From NCBI GenBank assembly GCA_030324005.1, contig JARDVH010000132.1, positions 99,358,962 to 99,422,961 of the forward strand: 64,000 nucleotides of DNA. Direction: 5' to 3'. The notes under the pieces were generated by a model. That model worked only from the letters and a program-made list of their open reading frames with translations, was not told the DNA's origin and did not search any database. This document shows positions 23,601-36,810 of the stretch, piece after piece. The first letter of the stretch is position 1; every line of letters starts with the position of its first letter. This stretch comes from Negaprion brevirostris (taxonomy: Eukaryota). The position numbers were made by a program, and so were the translations under genes.

Positions 23601-24599
23601 CCCAGTTGTTCTATCTTTTATTTTGGAACAACCACCCAACAAAATAGCCGATTATCAGTTCGGCGACTATCATTTGATAAATATACCCAAGTATGCATTT
23701 TACTTCAGTGAGATTGTACTGATCTAGAGAGCATCGAGTCACAATGAACAACTATACATTTATTCTTATCGATTTAAAAGCATTCTACATAGGCTTGAGT
23801 CACTGGTGAATATCATGTGAGTAATGCTTTCCAAAAACAATAAATAAAAGTGGATCCAGTTTAGTCCCATCACAATTTCCAGTTGTCGAACTAGAGGCTG
23901 CTGCCAAAAGTTTTGCAGGGCGACGATTTATCTTANNNNNNNNNNNNNNNNNNNNNNNNNNNNNNNNNNNNNAACTAGATTTGTTAAGAAGACTTTGGAA
24001 GGTCTTAACTTGCACAAAACACACCAGTTAGAAATAGTGGCTAAGATTAATGCATGACCCCATTTCAAGGTCTAACTTCCAGGGCCAGAAATTAGTTTTG
24101 CATCTGGACATTATTTCTTGCCTGTTGCCAGAATAATAATATATATAGAAATGTTAACGATAGTTTTTAAAAAAAAATCCTGAGTGCAGAAGCCCCAAAA
24201 AATGCTGTCATTTTTCTAATTTTGTACAATCACTGGTAATTAACCGACCGGTTTTGCCTATTGCTGGAGTATAACTTCATTCCAAGTCAAATTAACTGCT
24301 GTAATCCGTTTATACATTTAATCAAATCTAGGGCGAAATGTTTATTGCAAATACCGTATTATGTGTGCACAATATCTAAGTATTTGAAATAATTCATTTG
24401 AAATATTTTTGTGACAGAAACAAATCAAGTACCCAAATAAACTTCACATATTAAACGCCGTTAAAAATAACGATTAATATAAAATAGAAGAAAATATTTA
24501 ATTTAGTAGAGTGCAAATGCATTTATTTAAAAAATAGATTAAATTAACAAATTATTTGTGTTTGGTAAATCGTATTTGGCATGTAAAGCCAGTTAACTA

Positions 24600-25260
24600 T
24601 TATCAGCAGTAATGTATACCGGTACAGTCTCTAATATGCATTGCAGATAAATGCAAGCAGTCGCTATGGGTATAAATAGAAGTTGTGTTTACTGGAGCAA
24701 GTCCCCTGAGTCCAGCCAATAGGCGAGGATTTGCTAATGAAGTCATTCCCGATCTGGTTATAATTTGGTAGGCAATGTTGCTTCTTGCCCTCGCCTGTTC
24801 TCCGCAGTGTCTGGCAAAGACAGGTTCACAGTGTTCATTTTGTAGCCTATAAATAATCATTATGATGGAAAAGGCCGAAATGACAAACAAATAGACGGCA
24901 GCTGGGATTGATGAGGGTGATCAAAGTTAGTGGGCAAGTCCTGTTCAAAGTATCAGCATGCCTAAGCCCCATAAAGGTGCCAGCAGCCTCTTTTTCTTTC
25001 AGACCAAGGAATGGGGCAAAAGCAGTGGATTTTTAACCCCTGACATTTCTCCAGAACAAAGACATGAGAACTTACACCATACTAATTACAGCACCTCCGG
25101 GGACCCTTGGAGACAGCAGGGTCAAATTAATGCAAATACATTATAGAAGAGGTTTCACCATATACATCGGAATTCATATAGACAAGCACACCTGATTATT
25201 TTTACTCCTGCGTCAGTTTAATGGCGCCTTCAGCCAAACTCTCAGAAATCGGAAAATACA
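24600..25260. promoter_or_regulatory. Candidate conserved enhancer ~5 kb downstream of the Irx2 stop
   Basis: Unique, motif-dense sequence: TCF/LEF ATCAAAG (24920-24926) and TTCAAAG (24944-24950), E-box CAGCTG (24899), CCATAAA (~24969), octamer ATGCAAAT (25130-25137). Conservation is inferred, not tested. Confidence 0.4.
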
Positions 25261-28200
25261 CTTAACAGACTGTTAGAAAATCCAAATAAATAACGCATAA
25301 TCCAATAAGTAATACAAATATCAGGCCAGTGGGCAGTATGTATAGAGCAGATAGACATTCCTACATTTACATAAAATAGCAACAGCTTTTTTTTCAAGCT
25401 GTGCTTGTGTTTCGTAAGCTTTCTTTCGCTGTGTCCCGCCTATATTTCGGCCTCCAAGTAGTGTCCTCTTTGAAACGGATGTGTACATTTCGTTTTTCGC
25501 AAATCCTTCAGGCTATTAAAATGTTTTATAGTTTCAAAGCCCTAATTGTAAATCTTTAATAAGGCCCAAGTATCCCAGATGCACAGAACTCTTCCCAGTG
25601 TTATGTCATGTCTCCTCCTGTCAGTGAAAAATACCACATGTAACTTTTTTTATTTGGGTGGAGTGGGGAGCAGCGCATTAACAAGTCCATTGCACATCAT
25701 AACACACAAGACCTAATGTTGCCTTTTTTTCTGTTATTGGCGTTATATTTCACCGACATTCACAAAGCCGTGCCTACAATTAGTGCGATTTTGTGATTGC
25801 ATCATTTCGTTCAAAAATTTTCCATTGAAGATGCTTTTCCCCGCAATGTCCAGCTCAACGATGGCTAGGGCGATTTTGCCATTTCATTTCAGAACATGAC
25901 ATAGAGCACGAGCGAAATCTAATTTCTTACATTTAGGATTTAAGCATAAGCGCCTATCTATACAGCTGAAATCGAAAGGGATTTCTGTCTTGCCGTCGCG
26001 CGGGATAATAGGAAGTTCCCATATACCTTACACACATACATTTATTACCTTCATCTGAGGTCTTAAAGGCAGTTTTGTGTAGGGGTCTGGTAGGGGCGGT
26101 TGCCATAAATGTTCTTTCTGTACTGTAAACATTGCCTGGCCATTAGAGTCTGTGAGTCGGGCAGACTATACAGATTCCTCATCTGCAAGGATTTTTGCAA
26201 TCCACATTAGATTTCTGTCATGCTTTGCAGCAGAACACGATATCCCCTAAAGAACCAAGAAAAAAATATCCTGACAGCTAACATTAGTTAAGAGTGCAAT
26301 GAATAAACCCTTGCGCGCAGTTTCGGGCTAATTAAGATTCTGTTTAAAGTCCCTGTTTAGCAGATCTGTATGGAATGTTAATGTAGCTTTGACTAACTAT
26401 AAGAAGAAAACTGCATTTTAAGAGCCATTCTTAGGCGATAACATCTCTCACTTCTGTATTCAAGGTCTGTCCGAGCCTGTTACGAAGTCATTATCTCAAA
26501 TTACTCCATCACTTCATTTTAGGGTTTGGGCAAGCAGGCTCTCCTCAGTGAAGAGCTGCCTAGCCTCACAAAGCCTATACTCTCTGAGGGGATAAAGGAT
26601 GAATTAACCCAGTATCTCTACCTTAGAGAGTTTGCTCCTTCGAGTTCCTGCACAAATATAGCCAGAATCCAGCAAGCAGATTATATCTATTGCTGGCGTC
26701 TCAGCCCAAATCCCCGAAGGCTTTTTGACCCTTTGAAGTTTTCTCTATTTTGCTTACACAGAAGTTTACATGATTAAGTCAGGTTTTTACAAGGCTCAAC
26801 AAGGAAAATTTAATCACCTTTGGACACTCAACACCAAAAAATACACAAGGCGATAAATCCTGCAACTTCAGCAAGCTAAAGAAATACTAGATTTTGATTT
26901 TTTTTCCCGCTAAGCAGATAACTTTATATATTACTGGAGGACTAAACGTGAGAATAGAATGCAATTGTAGAAGTATGCTCAACTAACCACTGAAAGTGCA
27001 GTTAACTTTACCAAAATGTCCTATTCCTGGAAATGTTGATGGCCTATTATTATCTCGTGGTAAAATCTGTAACTCTTCAGTTCACAAGTGCAAATGACAG
27101 GCCAGCACTCTGAAAATAGGTTTCATTTGGGGTCGTATTCAATAAAAGAGCAATGTTTCACATGTCTTAAAATGCATTTGCAAAATGTCTGAAGAAGAAT
27201 GCTATTTTTGGAAGCAGCTTCCTTGCAGAAGGCTAGAGCCCTGTAAACAAATGCCTGTTCCAAGCTTCATTACGCACTGGCTGAAGGCAAATGCAGCCAA
27301 TACAACATTCGTTTGATAACCTGTTACCGTTCAGCAAGTTTCAACAACAGGGAAAATGGACCATTGTGGACACACGTACATCAGCAAATCTTTTAAGGAT
27401 TATCTCAGCATCGTTGGTGTAGTTATGCGCTGTGTGCTTGCAACATCAAACAAATGGCATTTTTTCCCACTGCATTTTTTACAAGAGGGAATTATTTATG
27501 CGCATCGTTCGTTTCGGAAAACTCGTTGTTGCAAAACTCCACAATCCTCTAAGTCCAGGAACGTAGCAGCTTCACGGCAGGCTAGCAAACTGTGCTGGAG
27601 CGGCATCATAACTCATTAAGGCTATGTTTAAAATTAGATTGATGAACCGAAAAGCCACCAAACCATATTCATTATTTTTTTAAAGTGGTATTAAATTGCA
27701 AAACAGGCTAACGCTGGGAACAGGTCGACCTACTGACTACTCCTGCGTCGGTGTATCATTTCAAATTCTTCCTAAGCTCATTTTGGCTATCGTATTAACT
27801 GGAGACATCTTCTGATACTGCAGCAATGAGATGTGGAGATGTTCCACCCACCCCNNNNNNNNNNNNNNNNNNNNNNNNNNNNNNNNNNNNNNNNNNNNNN
27901 NNNNNNNNNNNNNNNNNNNNNNNNNNNNNNNNNNNNNNNNNNNNNNNNNNNNNNCCCACCCCGCCTCCACAACACACACACGAACAATCTTGCAGTATGT
28001 CAAGTCCCCAAGCAAGGCAAGAAGGCTCACTTTGAGACAAGCTTTGCTTTCAGGGCACTCGGCTTTCAGTGAAATCACCCAGGAATATTAGTCTTATTTC
28101 ATTTAATCACCAAGTCCTAACAACGAAGATTTCAATTCATTAAAGGCACTCAAATATTCTGCCCAGCTGTTTCCTGCCGCTTGGCTGAGGACGAGGTGGA

Positions 28201-29020
28201 GAAAGATCCGCAACCCAATCCTCAGAAACGCTCGGCTGTGTTCAGCATAATTCATCCGCCTAATTACACTTTCATCTCTTTCTTCTTAAATGATCTCAGT
28301 TATAGACAGATGGCCCTTTCGCCAAGCCCCTCTGTTCCTCCGGTATTAAATAAAGAATGCGATACTTGCAGAGACCCCCGCTATATCTGCAGGCATTTAC
28401 TACTCATTTACATCTATGATTAGCCTCATGAAAAACAAAAGTCGGGAAAACAAACTATATATTTAAATAAAATGCACAAACATAGCGAAGAACAATTAAA
28501 AGTGCACAAAAGCGGACGCTGAGAAAAGTGCACGTTTGNNNNNNNNNNNNNNNNNNNNNNNNNNNNNNNNNNNNNNNNNNNNNNNNNNNNNNNNNNNNNN
28601 NNNNNNNNNNNNNNNNNNNNNNNNNNNNNNNNNNNNNNNNNNNNNNNNNNNNNNNNNNNNNNNNNNNNTCACATCTTTGAGTGACAAGTTTGATGATTCC
28701 TCTTGGCCACATTACCATCACCAGCTGACTCGTGTCATATAAATTAATGTTCATCCATACATTGAATTGAGAAACCCTGTTTGATGATCTGGCTGCTGTA
28801 TTTCACACAGTGTATTGTAAACATTTTGCATAAAGTGTCGCTGGATCGTTACAGTTTAGGTCCATGGATGGCTGACTCTCGTGCCATTTAACCCCCCTCA
28901 GCAAGGGAGATCCTTGATTACATGTTTTGGAAAAGAGAGATCATGTTTGCCAGCAAGAAGTTCCTGTTTGTACCCTGGCTTTACCTTCACCCAAACTTAT
29001 AAAATAGCGAGCTCCCAATA

Positions 29021-29323
29021 TTTATTTTATTTATTAGTATCACAAATAGGCTTACATTAACACTGCAGTGAAGTTACTGTGAAAATCCCTGAGTTGCCAC
29101 ACTCTGGTACCTGTTCAGGTACACTGAGGGAGAATTTAGCATCACAATGCACTTAACCAGCATATCTTTCGGACTGTGGGAGGAAACCAGAGCACCTGGA
29201 GGAAATGCACGTGGATATGGGGAGAAAATGCAAATTCCGCATTTGTTTGATCCAAGCCAGGAATCAAACCTGGGTCCTTGACGCTGTAAGGCAGTGGTGC
29301 TAACAACTGTGCCACTTTGCTGC
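29021..29323 (-). mobile_element. tRNA-derived V-SINE, full length
   Basis: Reverse complement has the A-box gtggcacagttgttagcac, B-box-like ggtttgattcc, V-domain, and tail ...cacagtaacttcactgcagtgttaatgtaagcc...aataaataaa. Confidence 0.85.
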
Positions 29324-30302
29324 TCTGAATATCAGGACCTCAGAAATGTTCCTTGAATAAAACCAGCGTCTTTGCAAATCACAGAAGTAAAAAAAAAAAT
29401 GGTGCATAGAGCAATCTGAAGATTAATCTCAATTTGGACAACGTGTCTAAACTAACTACGGCCTAGTTTCAGAACAAATTGGAAAGATTTGATGCAGAGA
29501 AAATCCTTTAGCCTTAAGATGCTTGGCAGTCGGATATTGAACCTTCTTCTCTGTTCTTTTCTTGAGACCACTTTATCTCTAGTCTCTGTCAGCATTCCTG
29601 AGCTTGGAGTTATCAGTTGCTTCACATCTCAAGAAGCCACAGCCCCTGGCTCTGATCCTGTGCACCTGTTAGGACCTGCTGGCACTGTCTGCACTTTGTT
29701 CAGCAAGTACAATTTGGCAAGTTATGCCACAGCTTGGGGCTTTTCGGTAATTGCCTACAAAGATTTTTTTCTTCCTTGTACATATCTAACAACAGATGCA
29801 TTTAATTAACACCATAAACAGTGCTATTCATTTGGTTCCCAATAGCAAGACAGTGTGTATAGCGAAAGTAAACAGATTGTACAACAAAGTGTTCTGTTGC
29901 TGTCAGCAACAGTTCTGAAAATGAAACACTTCCCTTTGACTTTCAATTGGCTGACAATCAGCACATAATGAATATTAGCTCCCAGGCCTGAAGAGAAAGA
30001 TGTGTGGGAAAACTTTAATTAAAAGCTTGTCAGTACAACTTTACCTGGGTGACATCATTTGACTACAATCTATTGCCGCTTTAGTCGTCTGTGGGTTAAT
30101 GGATTGCATTTTTGTCTTGCCAAAAGCAAACCCTACAAGTTAGTTGATCATTAAAAATGGCCAGCAATAACATTCCAGGGAGCACTTGCTTTGCCATATT
30201 TATTTTATTAGCAAATGCTTTTTGTTAGTCTTTTAATAGCTACATTTTAGGAACAGTCTTTTAAGGTTAATTTCTTGAAAATATTATTTTAAAGCTGATT
30301 TT

Positions 30303-30598
30303 GGCACAGTGATTAGCACTGCTGCCTCACAAGGCCATGGACCCGGGTTGGTTGCAGCATCAGGTGACTATATGTGTGGAGTCTGCACATTCTTCCCATG
30401 TCTTTCTGAGTTTCATCTGGTGTTCCGGTCTCTTCCCACAGTCTAAAGATACCATGGTTAGGTGCATTGGCCATGCTAAATTCTCCCTTAGTGTACCCAA
30501 ACAGGTGCTGGAGTGTGGCGACTAGGGAATTTTCACAGTAACTTCATTGCAGCATTAATGTAAGCCTTTTTGTGGCAATAATAAATAAATTTTAAACT
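30303..30598 (+). mobile_element. tRNA-derived V-SINE
   Basis: ggcacagtgattagcactgctgcctcac...ggtgcattggccatgctaaattctccc...aataataaataaa; same family as 29021-29323. Confidence 0.85.
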
Positions 30599-30819
30599 TG
30601 ATGCTTATATATTTACTTTTATTGTTTTCTGTCAGACATGCTGTTTTCATAATACAAATTTAAGTATTAAAATACGCAAGTGAGCATTTTAATTCTTATT
30701 AGAGATAACAAATGGTAAAAAAGAAATGCTTAAAGACTTTCAACAATCCCAGTTAAGGGTTTCTAAAAGTAAGCTACATTATTGATGTAGGGGAAAAGGC
30801 TGATTATACACATAGCTGT

Positions 30820-31460
30820 CTTAATAACAAACGAAGTTTGTAATTGTGGGTTTGCTTATGGAGCAGACCACTCTCCATTGCTGTATTTGGCAGCCGTACA
30901 ATAAGGGTGTCACTGTGAGGAGTGTATCAAAGTGCTGGTGCTTTATGTGATTTATTTATTAGAAACAGAGCTGTAAACAATGAGTATTATATTAGAGGTC
31001 ATGAAGTGCATATCCTGGAGTGTTAACAATGATGTGTTACTGTGCTGATTTTGCAGAAACATCATTGTTATTTGTATTATAAATCAGATCTTCACAAGAA
31101 GTAATTATATTCTTGAGTTCATAATTATATTATTCATAATTAACAATAATAACTCGGGGTAATTTGTCACTGACAGAATGGTGTAATACTCTGAATTCTC
31201 TCACTTGGCTATGGGTGTGTCATGAACACCTGGGCAATGCCTTAGGCATGACAGACAGCCACAAATCAATGCATGCTCTTTACATTATCATAAGTTATTT
31301 TTAATGCACGCCAATGCACCTTAAACAAGAATTCTGCGTGTTTTAAAGTCAGGGAGTCATTTCCCTTTAGCAAGATGGCTTCACATTTTTTGCAACCAAC
31401 CTGGCCTTTTAGTAAAAACCAAGTGATAATTAATGTGCATTGGCATGCCTATTATCAGTC
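30820..31460. promoter_or_regulatory. Candidate conserved non-coding element
   Basis: FOX/SOX composite TGTAAACAATG (~30972), further AACAATG and CATTGTT, ATCAAAG (~30926), TGATTTAT, two TGACAG and dense TAAT cores. Confidence 0.4.
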
Positions 31461-31589
31461 TTCACAAGATAGTTACAGGTTCTTCAAATGGAGACCTTTT
31501 ATTTGAGGTATGGATTGGAATATAGAATAAATTTTATGCTCTTAGCCTAATCATTCTGGAGGTCTTGTGATGCAAAGGTTTGTGTCCCT

Positions 31590-31815
31590 GTCTCTAATCC
31601 AGAAGCTCTGGGCTCGAGTCCCACTCCAGGACTGGGCTGTGGCAGGTATGTTCATAACCTTACCGAATAGGTGAGGTTGAGTGTCAACCTGCAAATCTTT
31701 CCATAATGCCCATTTGGGGTGGTAAGAATGGGATGGTCTCCTTGTCAGCCATGCTTGATGTGGAGTGGTGCTCAAGATATAACCTCTAGTGACAGGCTGG
31801 TGACCAGTTCCAGAT
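31590..31815 (+). mobile_element. Old tRNA-derived SINE of a different family
   Basis: B-box-like gggctcgagtccc at ~31610 in a tRNA-like head; family not identified. Confidence 0.4.
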
Positions 31816-34800
31816 AAAACTATCTATAGAAACAGAGATAATCATGCGCTTTGTTGTTTCATGTGCCACTCGGCACTGGTAAGTTCAATGTTTGAGCATG
31901 GAAATGTTTGTTGCATTTGCTGATATTTATGACACCAAGGCTTTGTTAGCATGCAATGAATGTCTATTAAATGGATGCCATACTAATCACATACTCTTTG
32001 ATCTTGCTGTCCCAGCATGTCAATATTAATTTAAAAAATGTAGCAGCATTTGTATTTGGCCACTAGATATCACCGGCACAACGATTATTTAAAGAAGGAT
32101 TGGACACAATTTAATGTTTCCAATGCAGCCTTTACCCATTAGTTGGAGAACCAGTGGGAAATCAGTGTTTCTCCTTTGGGGGAGCTTTGACTGAATTATG
32201 TGCCTTACGCACTTAACTGAGCAGAGTCAGGCCTTCCTCATCATTGAGCACTCCACAGCAGAAATCCCATCCATTAAGAGCTATAGGCCAGTCTATAGCA
32301 TAGACTGGCAGCTCGCCATTGCTGACAGCGCCGCTGGGTGATGTGGCTGCTGCTGGTAGTGAAGCAGGGACTTCACCAGGGGTTGCTGTTGGATCTCTGG
32401 AGGTGGGATAGGAGTCACGGGCAGGTTGTCATGGGAGGGGTGTTGTCAGAGTTGGGGGGGTTGGAAGGAAACGGCATGGTTGACTCTCAGCAGCCCCCTT
32501 TCCCAATGCTGGGTCTCTGGATCAGACACTGACTGCCTGTCAACAAGGGGGCCCCTTAACCTCAGTAGACTGCTGGCAAACCTGACAGGTATATTGGGCA
32601 GCCTCCGGAGGGGGCGCATGGAAGCCATGCAAAGACATCCTACCTGAGTACTTCGGCTTCCCATGTTGGGTCTACTTAATTGTGAAAGGTTTCCTCCCCA
32701 TTGGGATATAATACACAGCTTGCCCCACAATTAAGTGGGCTGAATGTCATGATGCTTTCACCATGGACTGGATTAGATTCCTCCCAATATTACTGCACTG
32801 ATTTATTTCTGTCATCTCTAGTTTTCAATGTGGTATTACTTTCCTGAATTTGGGACTATTTATACATTTCAAAATTCTTATGAACAATGAATGGACAGAG
32901 GGTTATATATAAATACAGTTTTGGTTTGAAATCTGATCCTATCGTGGGTGCAACTAATCTCCTAATATGGCAGCTAGGAGTGCACATTGATTTCTGTCCA
33001 GAGCTGAGCCACCCACCTTATTGGATAAGTCAGGGACACTGGTGGCAGAATAAAGTGCAGAATAAATAACTTAAATTAGGGAGTTGTGCAAAATCTGTTT
33101 TCAAGTTTTAAATGCCCCAATCCTTCACTCACCAAGTCCTGAACTTTCAAAGAATCATTTGGGAGTAACTGGTAAAATGGCATCCATATTCCCTTAGCCT
33201 GGATTTGGGTGGAGTACGAGTGTACATCTGGCCTCATGTTAAAAATATGTGGGCAGCTACTCTCCCTAGCCCCAGTTGTTCTAACCCGATTTTCAAGAAC
33301 AATTCACTGGTCATTCTGCACTGTCATGAGCTCCATGAAAATGAATATTCGGGGCATCTTAGGACTCACTATTCGGATAATGGGATCATACCCTTCATAC
33401 CAACTCCATAAAATGGTGCGCTCTGATCTGAATCATTGCGTCTCCAATATTAAATGTTTTTGTTTTGAGAGACCAATAAAATGTGCTTGTTGAAATTTAA
33501 TGTAGTTATATGAGTGACATTCAGGCAGAGAACATTAATTTTGGAGTAAAATTGCAAACTTTGGCCCTCACAACCAATTTGTTTGTTTGATGTGACTTTG
33601 GGTTATTGAACCAAAACCGCTGTCAAATTGACAAAGCTGCACTGTTCCAAATAGTTAGAACATGCTGACTGAAATTTAAATGCAGTCAAATAAGAACATC
33701 ATTGTTATTGATGAAGCATGGGGTAGCACCTTTGATAGAGGGTACCACTAATACTGAAAATTAAAGAACAGAAGACAAGATAAATCAAGAAGGAATGGAT
33801 AAGTGGAGGTGCTTGTGGCTATTAAGGTGCGTTTTCAGTACAATGGAACAGCCATATATAACAGTGTGACTTTGCAAAAATACTACAGGCACAGTAAGTA
33901 TAGTCTGAGACTGCAATCAGGGCCAATCTACCAGTGGAAAGAAGCAAGAGTGACTGTAACAAAGGAATCACACCTAACCTCATTTCAGTAATTAGTGTCT
34001 TTAAAATTCATGGTTTTCAAAATGTAGCAATTATTGGTACATGGGCATCATGAATGGATCTAACATCTATTGTTTATCCCTGACAAGGTAGTGGGTCAGA
34101 CTTGGCAAGGGTGGAAAGTTTGTTTTTTCTAAATGGTATTACTGAACCAAATTGGATATTTACGTCAATCCAACCATTTTATGGTGCCTTTCACTGCTAC
34201 CAGCATTTAAGTCACTGATTTTTGAAACTGAATTCAAAATTTCAAATGGTTAAGGTGGTATCTGAGAGCTCTTGTTCTTTGGATTCCTAATCCATTAACT
34301 TCCATGTAATTTTAACATCATTGCAAGAGCAAAAGCACTTCGCACCAACACTCAATTTTCAGTGTAAATAACCCTTAGAAGAACATTGGAGGAAAGGAAA
34401 GGTGAAGTGTTCATCAGTTTTTAGGTCATGGGAAAGGAGAAGTTGGAGTAGGACAGGGTGAATTCAAATCAATCCAGATAAATGGACTTAATTCAGATCA
34501 ATTTTGATATCAAAATGACTTCCTTGTTCCTTGCTGCTATACACAGCAGTTTAGGAATCAGTTTGTATCTTTCTGAAGTGGTCCTAAACATATGTATTAA
34601 CACCAACAAATGATTCCAGTGAAACTATAATTACATTTCCTGGAGAGGGGTTATTATGAGTTGGCCCCTGTGATTATGTGAAAAGGCTGAATTAATTCAG
34701 ACCAGCATTCAGTGGTTCTTTGGCAATTTTCCCATTTAGCAGCAAGTTTATTTAGAAAGAATTAGTTTATTATAATACAGCATCATTATGTGCGACATCC

Positions 34801-35387
34801 ACACTGTCAAACTGTAAAACAGATGAGACAAGAAACATTATCCTTCACCAATTTCACATTGTGCATGGTGGTTTTCTGATAGAAAGGTAATTTATATTGC
34901 AGTATTATAAAACTCTAAAACTGAAGTACAAATATTCTATAAAATATATAGCCTTGTAGTCTGCAAACACTTGAAAATTCTATTTCATTGATTAATACAA
35001 ATGAATGGTGGGCATACCTGTCTTTCTAAGCTAAGAATATAGTAGGAGAATCCATGCTTGGTGATATTCTGCATTTATCTGTTTACTGAAAACATAAATG
35101 TATCACTTTTGTAATATTGTACAGGGAATGCAGAATAACATCAGCACATGATCCTTAATTTAGCAATTAATACACTCTTTGTTTTGCATTTATTAAAATA
35201 TAAATAAATAAACTCTATCTGGTACTGTAATTTTGCAGTGGAGTAAAACATAGCAGAGTGCCTCGGAGTAGTAGGAAACAAATTTAATCACCGAATCTGC
35301 AGTGTAAGTGTGCTATTTGGTGGAAGCTGAACTTCTATCAGGCATCTCACAGCAACTGATTGAGGATAGCCAGAAACTGACAGGCTC

Positions 35388-36392
35388 TTTAATGATGCAC
35401 ACTACAAACTTTTTCAGGAACACAAAGCATATTTATTTACAAGGGAAAACTGTACAAAAGCTGATAACACCCCCCCTAGCTGCCCTGAAGCAACCCACTG
35501 GCTGCCCCAGTCCCTACATGTTTATGACATGCCTTCAGACTGTCTTCAGACTTTCTTCTGCCTAAGAGAGAACTCCACCCCCTGGGCTGATATCTCACTC
35601 TTGTCCTAATTGGTCCCTCGAGGCAGGTGACCCTCTCCTGCTGTGTTCACCACAATCACCACATACCTCCCCCTTTCACTCCTTTATACAATCTTTAATA
35701 ACTAAGTTACATGTTCCTAAATTCTCATTAAACAAGTTGGACAATTATAAATTGAGACAGAGGGTTTTTACTGTTTCTTGTAACTCTGCAGTCTGAGATG
35801 CTTCCACAGGATTAACATTAACAGAAACTGCAAGTAATGGGCATCTCTTCTGGCATAATTAGTTCATTACAATTTGCTTCCACAAGTTCATGAGTTATGT
35901 CTATAAAAGGTCAATCAGGTATTTCACTGCTTATAGGTTCGTAAACATTTCTTGATGCCTCATTGATGAGATTTTGAGGCTTGTGTGTGCAAACATAAAC
36001 ACTTTCACTAGCAACTTTTAAGTATGCACAGTTCCACATATAATCTTACGTTGAGCTATTCCATACAGGTTTGCTGCTTTTCCGTTTGTGTGGCCAATTT
36101 AGCAATGTCTCCATAATACATCCCATTTGTGTCACCAATATAATGATGCACACTTCAGGCTTTGTCAGGAATGTAAAGGGTATTTATCAACAAGGAAACA
36201 TTGTATAGGGGCTGGCAGCTCCCTGGCTGCCCTGGAGTAGCTCATTGGCTGCCTCATTCACTGTATTTCTTCAATGTGTGCAGATTGTCTTCTGCCGAAG
36301 AGAGAACTGCACTCCCTGGGATGATTACCCACTCTAGTTTTAATTGGTCCCTCAAACCAGGTAATCCTCTTCTGCTAGGGACAATCACCATA
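35388..36392 (-). mobile_element. Miniature non-autonomous LTR retrotransposon (TRIM-like, probably Gypsy-derived)
   Basis: Diverged direct repeats at 35388-35663 and 36139-36392. On the minus strand a PBS-like TGGTGACACAAATGGGAT follows the 5' LTR, and a PPT gaaagggggaggta precedes the TG of the 3' LTR. Internal region ~475 bp. Confidence 0.75.
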
Positions 36393-36555
36393 ATCTCACA
36401 GACACACTTTGAAACAGGAAAAATGCAATCATTAATCTATCTGCACACTGAATCTTTCAGTTGCCATCTTAATGATTTTAGGATATTTTATTTCTCCTTA
36501 AGTTCAGCATTAGTACAAAGTTGGAATTACTGACTCCCAGGCAAAGTGGAAGGAC

Positions 36556-36664
36556 CCCCAAGTCACTACACTCTGGCATCTGTTCAGGTACACTGAGGGA
36601 GGACTTAGCACGACCAATGCACTTAACCAGCATGTCTTTTGGACTGTGGGGGAAATTGGAGCAC
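36556..36664 (-). mobile_element. V-SINE internal fragment
   Basis: Matches the central part of the family in reverse orientation. Confidence 0.75.
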
Positions 36665-36810
36665 ATCAGTGTGCCTCACTTAGCTTGACGTCACACACTG
36701 ATAGTGGTCTCAAGCTGCATTTACTCCATAACCACAGCATTGGCTTAGAAGCCAAGCCATTTTGCACAGTGGGAAAAAAGGAAGTATTAGCCAGCATACT
36801 CAGCTGAAAT

